From: a virus
Taxonomy: Duplodnaviria > Caudoviricetes
Reading direction: 5' to 3' (one strand)
IMG/VR virus record: IMGVR_UViG_3300020159_001152
Location: 1-27,260 of that record
Length of the DNA stretch: 27,260 bases
Numbering within the stretch: position 1 is the first letter of the stretch; every line of letters starts with the position of its first letter. The notes beneath the pieces are model-generated. The model saw nothing but the letters and a program-made list of their open reading frames with translations, ran no database searches and was not told the origin of the DNA. Made by a program: the position numbers and the translations under genes. Positions 9,101-21,600 of the stretch are shown here, piece by piece.

Positions 9101-9645
9101 AGGCATACTATACTGCCTATCAAAATTGGATTACAGATACTACTGGCACAGTGTTGGAGCCTAGCATGCCAACTATTGATGAACTCAGCACAGAATACCA
9201 AGGTCTTAATGAATACAAAATGATTAGCGACAACATTATATTGAATTCAGTAGTGTTCAAACCATTGTTTGGCCCCAAAGCAGCAAAGACATTACAAGCC
9301 ACAATCAAAGTTATTCGTGCTCAAAATTCTACGGCTAGCACTAGTGAAATACAAAGTTCTGTATTGGCGGCCATGAATGAATATTTTAGCATTGACAAAT
9401 GGAATTTTGGCGACACATTCTATTTTTCAGAACTAGCGGCATACTTGCACAGATATCTTGGAACCATTGTTAGTTCAGTGGTATTGGTACCTCTAGACAC
9501 ACAAAAATACTTTGGCGACATGTACGAAGTGCGAGCAGAACCTAGTGAAATATTTGTCAATGGTGCAACCATTGACAATATTATTGTGATTGATGCATTG
9601 ACCAGTACCAACTTGCGTACTGCACCTGGTAGCGGAGTAATTTAA
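6187..9645 (+). CDS. gp6: Baseplate wedge protein, T4 gp6-like, with a long C-terminal extension
   Basis: 1152 aa. gp6 motifs: 'YDFETLRKS...FNDYIESSEYIALLDVIAF...ENYLDTAERRDSVTRLANLVSY', 'MVFGDGVFSEIP', 'ESIDAIKQRAPARYYTQNRMVNGEDY'. It follows gp25. Confidence 0.88.
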   Translation: MAKTTRQTAIFGVEDWKQIYQTYREADFQSYDFETLRKSFTDYLRLYYPETFNDYIESSEYIALLDVIAFMGQALAFRTDLNTRENYLDTAERRDSVTRLANLVSYTAKRNTAAQGLLKAFSVTTTENVIDYNGVNLANVTVNWADPTNFDWLEQWNAIVNSSLVSSQKIGRPSNRQTILGVDTSEYGINLVPGFLPVIPYTATVDGVNMPFEATTSTTAGRDYIYEPSPKPNAAFNVLYRNDQLGYQSANNGFFFFFKQGTLQNQDFNLAERIANRTVNINIDGVNNEDRWLFQLDNVGSISREWNFTENIYSAAAEQTATLRPIFSVTSRTNDQITMVFGDGVFSEIPVGIFRVYVRASNGLQYIINPAEMQNVVLPISYIDRNGNLQTITFTCGITQPVSNAQSRESIDAIKQRAPARYYTQNRMVNGEDYNLFPFTLYNSIIKSKAVNRASIGTSRYLDLVDNTGKYSSTNTFSSDGAMWENNILPATLFSWTNRNEIADLITNQVQPAISGATFNQFYYANFPRVQEDELPPGVSWVAGATWHQSTTLVNETTGYFQNAVGAPIIFNSSSSTVFKFVVQKSLIKFVAPTGYYFDANNRLKPGLPTRPEDHLEIWASPLAIVGDGSNGGVGNLANGQGPVALNNFVPTGAIVDSIIPVFLTDLNTTIREQITQQILLYRNFGLGYDNTGSVTGAAGTWYLITSTNLDDNATWSQTVPGLAGNTNGNNTDASWIVQFVAVDNKYTITFRGLAYYFGSVLQTRFFFYGNQKIYDSRTGTTIRDFINVLAVNTKPDSSSPLPGDIFTTIIGQPVESDGYVDDFQVLISYRDSDSDGVPDNPDFFNEIVAPDINPNLKLVFLQRTVDFDNLQRYLLAEPGVVNSDYPTYDNIELVKFQYSPGQVFYAYSDELFFTLTVNTAGVRVITQAAEGDWIARTGRQALYFQYRHNSPLTNRIDPGTTNIIDLYVVTQAYYTAYQNWITDTTGTVLEPSMPTIDELSTEYQGLNEYKMISDNIILNSVVFKPLFGPKAAKTLQATIKVIRAQNSTASTSEIQSSVLAAMNEYFSIDKWNFGDTFYFSELAAYLHRYLGTIVSSVVLVPLDTQKYFGDMYEVRAEPSEIFVNGATIDNIIVIDALTSTNLRTAPGSGVI

Positions 9646-12600
9646 TGGCACGAGTACGCAGTGTAGATTTTCTTCCTGAGATTTTTCAGACAGATGCCAA
9701 CAAGCAATTTTTGGCTGCTACGTTGGATCAATTGATTCAAGAGCCAAAGTTTAAAAAAACTCAAGGTTATATTGGCCGCACAGTTGGTCCAGGTGTGAAC
9801 CCCAATGACAAGTATGTAATTGAACCTGACAAAACTCGTGCTGACTATCAACTTGAACCAGGAGTAATCAGTGTTGATCCTGAAGACAACAGCAAAATCA
9901 TTGATGCTATTACCTATCCAGGCATAACTGATTCTTTGGTATATCAAGGCAGTCCGTCAACACAACCTAGCCGACTGTATACTAGCGACTACTACAGTTT
10001 TGATCCGTTTATTGACTTTGATACATTTGTAAACTTTAGCCAGTACTACTGGCTGCCAAATGGTCCTGATGTAGTTACTGTACAATCACCTGGCGTGGCG
10101 TTAAGTCAAAATTTTGTAGTAAACAGAGAAAATGGAGTTTACACATTTTCAGGAGTGAGTGGAAACAACCCTACACTAAATTTAGTACGTGGTGGTAACT
10201 ATACATTCCAGGTTGCACAAAACAACAAAGAAACTGTCAATTACAAAGTAACACGCACTAATGTTACCAGCTTCAACATTGATAACGAACCCAATGCGTC
10301 TATTACGTTGATTCGTGGTAACACATACACATTTAACTTGTTTGTGCAAGGTGATTTTCCATTCTGGATCAAAACTACTGCCACTACAGGTACAGGTGAT
10401 GCCTATAACTCAGGAGTTACTCGCAATGGATCAGTCACAGGTATTGTGACTTTTACTGTTCCTCAAGACGCACCTGATACACTTTATTATTCTTGTCAAA
10501 CTCAAAGTCTCATGAAGGGCACTATTAGTATAGTTGATGCCCAACCTGGTGACGGCCCAGGGTTTTGGATTCAAACTGATCCAGGTATTAGTGGTGAAAA
10601 TCCTGTTACTCCAAACGTAAGTTCTAGATCGGTGTATGGTGTTACTGACAATGGAATTGACCTTGGTACAATTAATTTTAACGTACCACAAAAAACAGCA
10701 CAAGACTTTTTCTATAATCTCACCAGTATTGGTACAGTAGATCTTGTTACTAATTTGAGTTTTGAAGATATTGACGGTGCTAGACTCGATCAGTTTATTG
10801 CCGTATATGGAGGCATTGATGGAATTACCAACCTTGAAACACGAACTCTAGTGTTTGCTAACTCTTATGGTAATACTGCCACCGATTACTATGATATCTG
10901 GCGTATCAGTTATGTTACTGTTGGTGCCTACACCTATCTCTCATTGGCTAGCATACAAACCATAAACAGCTTGGAAAAATGGAGCATACGATACGGCACA
11001 GAGTATTCTAGCACTCAATGGTATAAAAATCAAAGCGGCTATATTATTGAGATGCCAGTGCTGACAGCCAAATTAGATACGTTGTACTATCAAGATGGCA
11101 CTGACCCAGAAATTTTTGGTACTATACGACTAATTGAACAAGACAATAGTAGCACCATTTACATAGAAGATATATTAGGCAAAAAAACGTATACAAGCCC
11201 CACTGGAGTAGTATTTACTAATGGCCTAAAAGTTCAATTTTTAGGAAATGTATTGCCTGCCAGTTACGCCACAGGTAGCAACGCATTTGTTTGTATTAGT
11301 ACGGCAGCAGGTATCAATCTTATTACCACTGAGTCTACAGAAGGGTTAGTAGTAGGACAAGAAGTAATTTTTACAGGCGTGCCATTTGGTGGAGTTAGTG
11401 CAGGTATAACATACTATGTTCAAACAGTTTTCAGTAGCAGTCAATTCAAAGTTAGTGCAACCAACAATGGCCCAGCACTCACGCTAACTTCGGCCAATGG
11501 TACAATGACCGCTACCGCTAGCCAAAATCCACAATACTATGTGAGTGGAGTAGGTACTGCAATAGAATTGTTACCTGTAGAAAATTATATTACTCCTGAA
11601 GCTTATTCTTCTACTAATGATATTGATTATCTTACAATCAATAGAGACAGCCCAGATTTAAATGCATGGAGTCGCAGTAATCGTTGGTTCCATATTGATG
11701 TGCTTAACGCCACAAGTGCATACAACGACACTCCAGTTGTGATAGACAATGACAAAAAAGGCAAGCGGCCAATTATACAATTTCGCGGCGGTATTAGATT
11801 GTATAACATGGGAACAGATGCCAAGCAACCAGCAAATGTGATTGACTTTACTGAAACAGATGCGTTTAGTAATGTTGAAGGTAGCACTGGATATTCAGTA
11901 AATGATTACACTTTTGTCAATGGTAGTCGTGTGATATTTGCAGCTGATGAAGATCCTAATGTGCGTAGTAAAATTTATGTTGTAAATTTTGTTGTTCCTG
12001 ACACAGTACCTCCTTTAATTGCTCAACCAATTATAAATTTAGTTGAGGCACCTGATGGAGAAATTTTAATTGATCAAAACACAGTATGTCTCAGCGGATC
12101 ACAAGTTGGTATTACTTACTGGTATGATGGTATAAACTGGGCAGAAGCACAGCAAAAAACTGCGGTACAACAAGCGCCATTGTTTGACATATTTGATGCA
12201 GATGGTATAAGTTTGGCCAATAAAATTACATATCCTAGTTCAACATTTACAGGCACAAAATTGTTTAGTTATGCTACTGGGTCAGGCACTACAGATCCGG
12301 TATTACAACTGACACTCAAATATCTTTCACTGACTAATGTGGGAGATATTGTATTTGATAATAATTTGTATTCAGATTCATTTGTGTATGCACGTGACAA
12401 TGTTAGCACCACAGCACCAATCAGCTCAGGATTTGTTTATGAATACGCATCAAGAACCGTGTATGAAAGACTAATTGGTTGGCAAACTGCCGCAGTACCT
12501 ACATTAATGCGGCAGCAGTTTAAATTTGTGTATGAATTGCAACCATTGCAATTGGATGTGGTTGTACAGTCAAATGCAGTAACAACTGTGCCTAGTGTAA

Positions 12601-15600
12601 AAGTATTTGTTGGATCAATATTTCAAGATCCAGGCACATACACAGTAGCCACTACTACTAATACCACAACTATTACTTTTAGTACTGTGCATGTTGTAGG
12701 AGATGTAATTGAAGTTGAAGTGCTTAGTGATCAAATCAGTCAAGTGGCGTTTTATCAAGTTCCGTTAAATCTCAACAACAATCCATTGAATGCCAACAGT
12801 CCAAGTTTTACTTTAGGTACTTTGCGCACTCACTATGACAGTATTTGTCAAAATTTAACCACATTCTCGGGTGCAATCAATGGTGCCAATAACACTAGAG
12901 ATCTTGGAAATGTCATTCCTTACGGCCAGATAATTTTACAACAAAGTTCTCCATTGACGTTGGCCGGATACTTCATGAGATCTCAGCAGTACAATATCTT
13001 TGGTGCATTAGAATACAATAGTAGAGAATATCAAAAGTATAAAAATCAAATGCTGGAGGCAGTAACCAGACAAACTATTCAGTATGAAACTACTTCACAA
13101 GTGCTTGATAAAGTTATTGCTGAAATCACACTAGGACGAACAGCAAACAATCCATTCTATTGGAGTGACATGCTGCCAGCCAGCGCAGTGTTTACCACAA
13201 CAACTTACACCGTAAGCTATATTACCAGTCAGGTGTTTGATACAGTGCAAGTTTACAACTATACATCATCTAATTATCTTGGTATGAATGTATATGTAAA
13301 CGACCAAATCTTAACTAGAGATTTAGAATACATAGTGGCCACAGATGGTCCACGAATTGAGATTTTGATTACACTGGCTATTGGTGATACAATTACCATT
13401 CAAGAATATAGTGCTACTTACGGTACCTATGTGCCTAACACTCCTAGCAAAATGGGATTGTATCCTGCATGGAGACCAGAGCTTGTGCCAGTCAAAACCA
13501 GTTCAGGCGACCAATTAGTTATACTGGGTCATGATGGTAGTCAAACTCCTATTTTTGGTGATATACGTGATGAAGTATTGTTAGAATTTGAAACTAGAAT
13601 TTACAACAACATCAAATTAGATGACAACCCTGTGCCTCTTGACGTTGTAGATGTACTGCCTGGACAGTTTAGAAATACTGGTTACAGTTCTGCAGAAATT
13701 AATACCATATTAGAAACAAGCTTCTTGACTTATGTAGGATGGAACAAGTTAGACTATACCGCACAAAACTATAATGCTGGCAATCCTTTTACTTACAACT
13801 ACAGTTCTTCAACCAACAAGCTCAATGGCGATAATTTGTTAGGTGCATGGCGTGGCATCAATCGTTATTTTTACGATACTCAACAACCTGAATTGACTCC
13901 TTGGGAAATGCTTGGTTTTACAGTCCAACCAGACTGGTGGGAAATTACTTACGGTCCTGCACCTTACACATCCGACAACATGAACTTGTGGGATGATTTA
14001 GAACTAGGACTAGTGAGAGATCCTGTTGGTGCATATACACTGTTAGCTTATGCTAGACCTGGCCTGACTTCTGTATTACCAACCAGCACTGCTGGTGCGT
14101 TATTAGCTCCGCTGCAATCGGTGGTAGGTGGATACAATCCACAAACGTTTCAAAAGAGTTGGGCACCAGGTGATGGCGGTCCAGTTGAAGCTTCGTGGTG
14201 GAATTCAAGTGATTATCCATTTGTTGTTATGAGATTGTTGGCGCTTACTCGTCCAGCAAAATTCTTTGCGCTGTTTGCTGACAGAGACTTGTACAAATAC
14301 AGCACAGAATTTGATCAATATCTTTACAATGGTCGATACAGACTAGATGCCAATGGTGTACAAGTATATGGTGACGGCACCAGCAAAGCCAGTTATGTCA
14401 ATTGGATTGTGGATTATAATCGGATCACAGGGACCAATAGCACTACGGCATTAGAAAAAGATCTGCAGAATCTTGATGTGCGTTTGTGTTACAGAATGGC
14501 ATCATTCTCTGACAAACAGTACTTGAAAATTTACACTGAAAAATCTAGTCCCAAGTCAACTAACACTAGTTTGCAAATTCCTCCAGAGAGTTATCAATTG
14601 CTAGTTTACAAAAATCAACCATTTGACAGACTGATTTACAGTTCAGTTGTGATTCAAGTTGTAGATAGTGGATGGGCTGTGTTTGGCTATAGCACTGCAA
14701 GACCATTTTTTAACACATTTACTAGCATTCCAGTTGGACAATTTGAAACATACAGTGTGGCTAGTAAAACTATCAAAGTTCCTGCCAACTATACGACCAA
14801 CATTACTCAAGTTCCGTATGGATTTGTATTCACAACTGAATCAGCAGTGGCTAATTTCTTGTTGAGTTATGGAAAGTTTTTAGAATCACAAGGGTTTGAA
14901 TTTAACAATCAAGTCAATGGATACTTAATGACTTGGTCACAAATGGTATATGAATTTATATACTGGAGCCAACAAGGATGGGGCGATGGTAGCCTGATCA
15001 ATTTAAATCCGTTTGCTCCTGGACTTTCGGTGTTTAAAGAACAAGCAGTAGTAGATAATATAACATCACAAACTGCTGAACATGTTATTTTAGACCAAAA
15101 TCGTAAAGATTTTCCTGTTCGAGATCTCAACATTGTGCGAGTTGATAATAACTTTACTATTCAACCTCTAAACAATCAAAGTTTAAGTTTTATTGACATG
15201 CGGTACACCAGCTTTGAAAGCATGATTGTGTTGGATAATGCCAGTTTGTTTGGCGACTTGATTTTTGAACCTGTAACAGGTGCTAGACAAAGCAGACTGT
15301 ACATATCTGGAACTACTACTACAGAGTGGGACGGTAGTGTAAATGCACAAGGCTTTATTTTAAATCAAAATAATATTCCTGCATGGACTGGGTTAAAAAC
15401 TTATCCCAAAGGCGAAATAGTAACCTATAAAGGTGCATATTGGAGTGCGGCAACTATTGTACAACCCAGCACCAAGTTCAATTACAATGATTGGAACCAA
15501 AGTGATTACACATTTATTGAACAAGGCTTGTTGGCCAATCTTGCTAACAAAGCTGATCAACTCAGCAACAGTTATGATATCAACTCGGCTAACTTGATTC

Positions 15601-18600
15601 AAGACAATGACTTGTTGAGTTATGGATTAATAGGCTTTAGACCAAGACAATACATGGCTGCACTCAATCTTGATGATGTCAGCCAGCTTAACATTTACAG
15701 AGAATTTCTTGGAACCAAAGGAACTAAAAACAGTGTTGATTTGTTTGGCCAAGCCAAATTCAACAAAGAAGTTGCTGATTATCAAATTTATGAAAACTGG
15801 GCAATACAACGCGGAGTGTATGGTGCAAATGCCAATCGCAGTTTCTTTGATTTGAGATTAAATCGTGCATTGTTATCAAGCAATCCTAGCTTGGTGCAAG
15901 TTGTAGTGCCAAACGAACCAAGCACTGCTGACCAACAAATTTTCCTTAGTGATGTGTGGAAAAGCAGTTTCCCATTAACTACTCCTGCATTGTTGCCAAC
16001 CACAACCACGTTGCCAACAGACATTTCTTTGCCTTCGGCAGGATATGTCAATATTGATGATGTTGACATTACAGTGTTTGAGTTAGATGATCCTGCAAGT
16101 CTCAATGCCAATATTAATTCTATTATAGTTGGAACCAGTATTTGGGCAGCTAAGGTGAATAATTATGATTGGAACATTTATCGTGCAGAAGCTGTGCCAG
16201 GCACTATTCAGCACGTTTGTGACAATCTTAACGGCACTAGTAGAGTTATATTCAGCGGTCAGCATGCATTGACCACTGGTGATAGACTGATCATACGATT
16301 CTTTGATACAGAAGTCAACGGTGTTTATACAGTATTGAGTGTGCCAAACTTGACCACAGTAAATATTGCATTAGATCTTGTGGGCGATCGCACTGTAGTT
16401 GATGGCACAGGCATTGGGTTTACTTTGCAGACCATGCGTGTGGACCAGGCCAGCAATGTTTTAAATTTGCCATATACACAACAAATTTTGCCTGGAGCAA
16501 AAGTTTGGGTAGACAACAATGGGCAAGGATCATGGGAAGTATTAGAAAAACAAAATCCCTTTACTGATCGAGCAGTATTGGCGCCAGTGTTGCTTGATGC
16601 CACAGAACAGTACGGTGCATCTGTAGCACAAGCTACAGGTCAATCAGCTTTGTTTGTTGGTAGCCCACGTTATGGATTTGAATCAGGCACTGCTAAAGGC
16701 GGCATCTATCTCTATGTAAGAAGCACAAGTGATCAGTACGTTCCAATTAGTCCCATCGGTGGACAAGACACTGTTCTCACGTTAAGCACTGCAGGACTGC
16801 GTGGATATGGCAATGCCGTGGATGTTGGTAATCAAACTTGGGCAGTTGGCGGTGCAAGTGCCAGCTTAGGACCAACACCTGCTGGTGATCCTGTCAACAA
16901 CGGATATGCTGTGGCACTATGGCGAGATCCATCAGCTGGCGCAAATAATACCAGTCCTTGGATTCAGGCACAGTTGTTAACATTACCGGGCACTACTACT
17001 ACCACAACACCGGGTGCTGGGGAATTTGGTTACAGTGTGGCCATGAGTCTTGACGAACGCTGGTTGTATGTTGGTGCTCCTGGATTGAACACAGTCTATG
17101 CGTATGGTCAAGTGCCATGGCAAGATCAAATTTTTCAATATCTTGCCGATGGCGTTAGTGCTACTGCTGACATTAGCAATAACATACAGATAAACAATGC
17201 AAATCAAATTGTTGTTCTTAAAAATAATGCGGTATTGACACTCACAACAGATTACACAGTTGATGTTGGATTCACCACGGTAACATTTACTACAACTCCA
17301 GCAGTTGGCGATGTTATTACAATTTCAAGAAGATATGTCAAAGCATTTACTGCAAGTGGCGCAACATATTCGTTGGCGCCATGGTTATTTACAGCCACAG
17401 CAAATAATATTTACTCATTCTCAATTACCGTAGATGATGTATTGCAACGTCCTAATATTGATTACACTTATTCTGGTACTACACTGACATTCTATAATGT
17501 TCCTAGTGGCGGCTCAACTATTATTGTAACATCACAGTTTTATTATAAATTTGCTGGTACTATTACTCCGTCAGTGGCAGTTATTTCTGGTGCAAGATTT
17601 GGATCAAGTGTTCAGTGTAGCACAGATGGACGTCAAGTTATAATTGGATGTTCTAACGCCACAGTTGATGGATTAGTCGAAGCTGGTTCAGTATATGTGG
17701 TTGATAGAAACGTGCAAAAATTCATTCGTCAAGATGACAGCTCTAACACTTACACTGTGTTGGGAACTGTAAGTTCTCCTATCAGCGTTTTGGTTAACAA
17801 TGTATTTTTGACCAATCAAACAGATAGTATCATTGGCGCCGACAACACATTCTCAGTGTCAGGTAATAATATTACCATTAACAAAGATTTGTTTGTAGGC
17901 GATGTGATTGAAATTGAAATCAATCAGTTTGTTGAACAGCAATTGATTAAATCTGGACCAACCAATGCTAGTACAGTGGCTGAATTTACAAACTATGGTC
18001 AAAGTTTGGATCTATGCCCTTACAACTGTAGTTTGTATGTGGGCGCACCGCAAGATTCTAGCATAGTTTGGAAAGGCGGAGTAGTTGAGCGCAGTGTAAA
18101 TCAAGCCAGAAGTTATGGTACAATCACAGCTACTTTGTCTCCTACCAGTCTAACTGCTGGACAAACTCTGCGAGTAAACAATGTTGACATTGTGGTACCG
18201 GCTAGTCCAAACAACACTATTGCTGGTTTGGCCGCCGCAATCAATGGCGGCGAAGCAGGTACCAACACAGGTGCTCCAAACGCCACAGCAACAGTTTCTG
18301 CAACTGGCTACTTAACTATTTTTGTAACCAACACAGATGCTGCACCCGAAGGTAACAAGTTGCAAGTTGCACCTGGATCCGTTGGCACAGTGTTTGCTGA
18401 TCTTGGATTTGATACATTTGTGTATACACAAACTATTGCCAGCCCACGACCAACAGAGTTTGCACAATTTGGTTACTCAGTAGCAGTAAATGATACTGCA
18501 CTAAATCTTGTGGTTGGATCACCTAAGGGTAGTTTGTATTTGCCTATGGTGTTTGATTACAACACCACAACAGAAAAAGCAGGCACTACGTTTGATGGTA

Positions 18601-21600
18601 ACTCTACTACATTCTTTAGCCCAGTGGATCAAAGTGGTGTGGTTTACACTTATGACTATTTGCCTAGCAACAGTATTAGCGTCGCCACACCTGGCAAATT
18701 TATATTTGGTCAACAAATTGAAACTAACTTAGTGACATATTTGGATCAATTTGGTACCGCGGTTAGTTACAATTCTGGTGTGCTAGTTGCTACAGCACCT
18801 GGCGAAGATTTTGAAGATAGTACATTTAGCAATTATGGTGCTGCTTACCTATTTGAAAATTCCACAAGACGTTTGGCGTGGGAACCAATTGCTGTTCAAC
18901 AACCAGTGGTTGATATACGATTGTTAACCAGCGTGTACATATATGACAGAATTACTTCTGCTAAGAGTCAGTTCTTTGATTTCTTTGATCCACTACAAGG
19001 AAAAGTGTTGGGTGCCGCTCAAGAAAATATTGACTACATTAGTGCAATTGATCCTGCCTCGTACAACGTTGGTCCAGTAAACAATCGTGGCGACACTTGG
19101 AGTACTGCACATGTTGGTGAAGTTTGGTGGGATATCAGCACAGTAAGATTTATTGATCCTAACCAGGATAACCCAACTTACGCCAGTCGTCGTTGGGGAC
19201 AAGTATTTCCTGGTAGCACAGTAGATGTATACCAATGGATTTCTAGTTCAGTGCCGCCTGCAAATTACACTGGAGTTGGTACGCCGTACACTACTACCAG
19301 TTATGTAGTGAGTTCTCGCTTGAACCAGTCTGGAACTTTTGTAACTGAGTATTATTTCTGGGTACGTGGAATAACTGACACTGCATCTCAGTTGGGCAAA
19401 ACTCTCAGTGTAGCTACAATTGCCTCATACATCCAAGAGCCAAAGGCCAGTGGCATCAGTTACGTTGCGCCAATTAATTCTAGTACCATTGCAATATATA
19501 ATGGTCTTGATTACATTGTAGCATCAGATTCTATTATTAGCATAGAATTTGATCAATTATTTACGGATGCAAATGTACACACCGAATACGAATTAGTTGC
19601 ACAAGGTCAAGTTGATGCTTTTATAAGTGACAATCTTTATCGCAAACTGCAAGACAGTTTCTGTGGAGTAGACACATTTGGTAGCAATGTGCCAGATCCA
19701 AATCTCAATTATGCTCAACGTTATGGAGTGCAATTCCGTCCACGTCAAAGTATGTTTGTGGATCGATTCCTTGCACTAAAAAATTACATTCAACGGGCTA
19801 ATGATATATTTGCGTTATATCCTATATCAGAAAGCAGAAGTTTTACTTTATTGAATAGTGCAGAACCAGAACCACCGTCAGATGTATTGATTAATGCCGG
19901 TGAGTTTTCTATAGGACAAACATATACAATCAACACACTCGGGTCAACTAATTTTACTTTGATTGGTGCATCCAGCAATACCGTAGGTATTACATTTGTT
20001 GCCACAGGTGCAGGTAGTGGCACAGGTGTAGCATCGTATACAAATTGGAACCTACGTGTGGCCAACTTGGAAATTTTGGGATTTCAAAATATCTATGCTG
20101 TGCCGCTAGGTTACAAATATCTTGTAGTTACAAACAGTTTGAATCGTGGATTATGGACCATCAATGAAGTACAAGCTACTACTAATCCAAACGTAAGAGA
20201 ATTAGTGTTGAGTCGTGTGCAAAACTATAACACACGTCAATATTGGAGTTACGTAAATTGGTATAAACCAGGTTACAATTCTAGTTCGACTATTGTGGCA
20301 GAGGTGCCAAACTATGCCACATTAGCCACACTGAGTGTGATCATTGGATCGAGTGTTAAGGTAACCGCTAATGCACAAGGTAAATTTGAAATTTATCTTC
20401 GCACTGATACTGGGTGGGACCGAGTGGCGTTAGAAGACGGCACCATTGAAATTTCTGCTGAAATTTATGATTATGCGTTAGGTAGATTTGGGTTTGATGT
20501 TGAAGTATTTGATGCACAGTACTTCGATCAAGAACCAGTGATCGAAACTCGTAAAATTATTCAAGCTATCAATGAAGAATTATTCATTGATGACTTAAAA
20601 ATTGAAAGAAACAAGTCACTTACATTGATGTTTAATTTTACCCTAAGTGAATTGTTAGCACCAGAATGGTTGATTAAAACCAGTTTGATTGATGTACAAC
20701 ACAAAGTTAGAGATCTAGTACCATATCAAAATTACATCCGTGACAATCAAGACTTTGTAAGTGAATACATTCAAGAAGTCAAACCTTATCATGTGCAAGT
20801 TCGTGAATTTAATTTAACATATGATGGTGCCGATGACTACCAAGGCAGTTTAACTGACTTTGATTTACCTGCTTACTACAACACAGATTTGACTATTCCA
20901 CAGTATGTAAGTCCAATCTTATTGCCTTACAAACATGCTACAGCTCAAGCATTTAACACACTCAGTGACACTGCACCCAATAGCACTTTGTGGCCAGAGT
21001 GGCCATATAGTCAATGGTTTGACAATTATTTGTTGCATGTAGATTCAATTGCAGTGACCAATCAAGGCACAGGATATACTATTGCACCAACAGTGTTAAT
21101 TGTGCCTGCTACTGGAGATACTGGATCTGGTGCAGAAGCTATAGCAGTTCTTAACTCATTAGGCAACGTTGTATCTATAACATTGATCAATGGCGGTTCG
21201 GGGTACCGTTTAACTCCGACTGTAGTTTTTAATGGTGGTAATGGCACAGGCGTTGCGGCGTATCCAAGAATGAATTATTACATTAATTCTGAAACTGGTC
21301 AGTATCAATATACTGGACTTGTGCGTAGTTTCCGCACAGTGCTCAAATATGACCGTTACCAATATCAAACATCTGTGCTAACTTGGAGCACAAACGGAAC
21401 ATACGAAAATGGTATATTAGTTCGTTATGACGATCGTGTGTGGCAAGCTAATAGCGCCGATGGCAGCAGTGCAGTAGTTGGTCCAGACTTTAATGTTGAC
21501 GATTGGAATTTAATTGATGCAGCCACTCTCAGTGGTGTAAATCGTACTATGGGCTTTTATATTCCTGGGGTGAATGAACTTGGATTAGATTTGCAATTAC

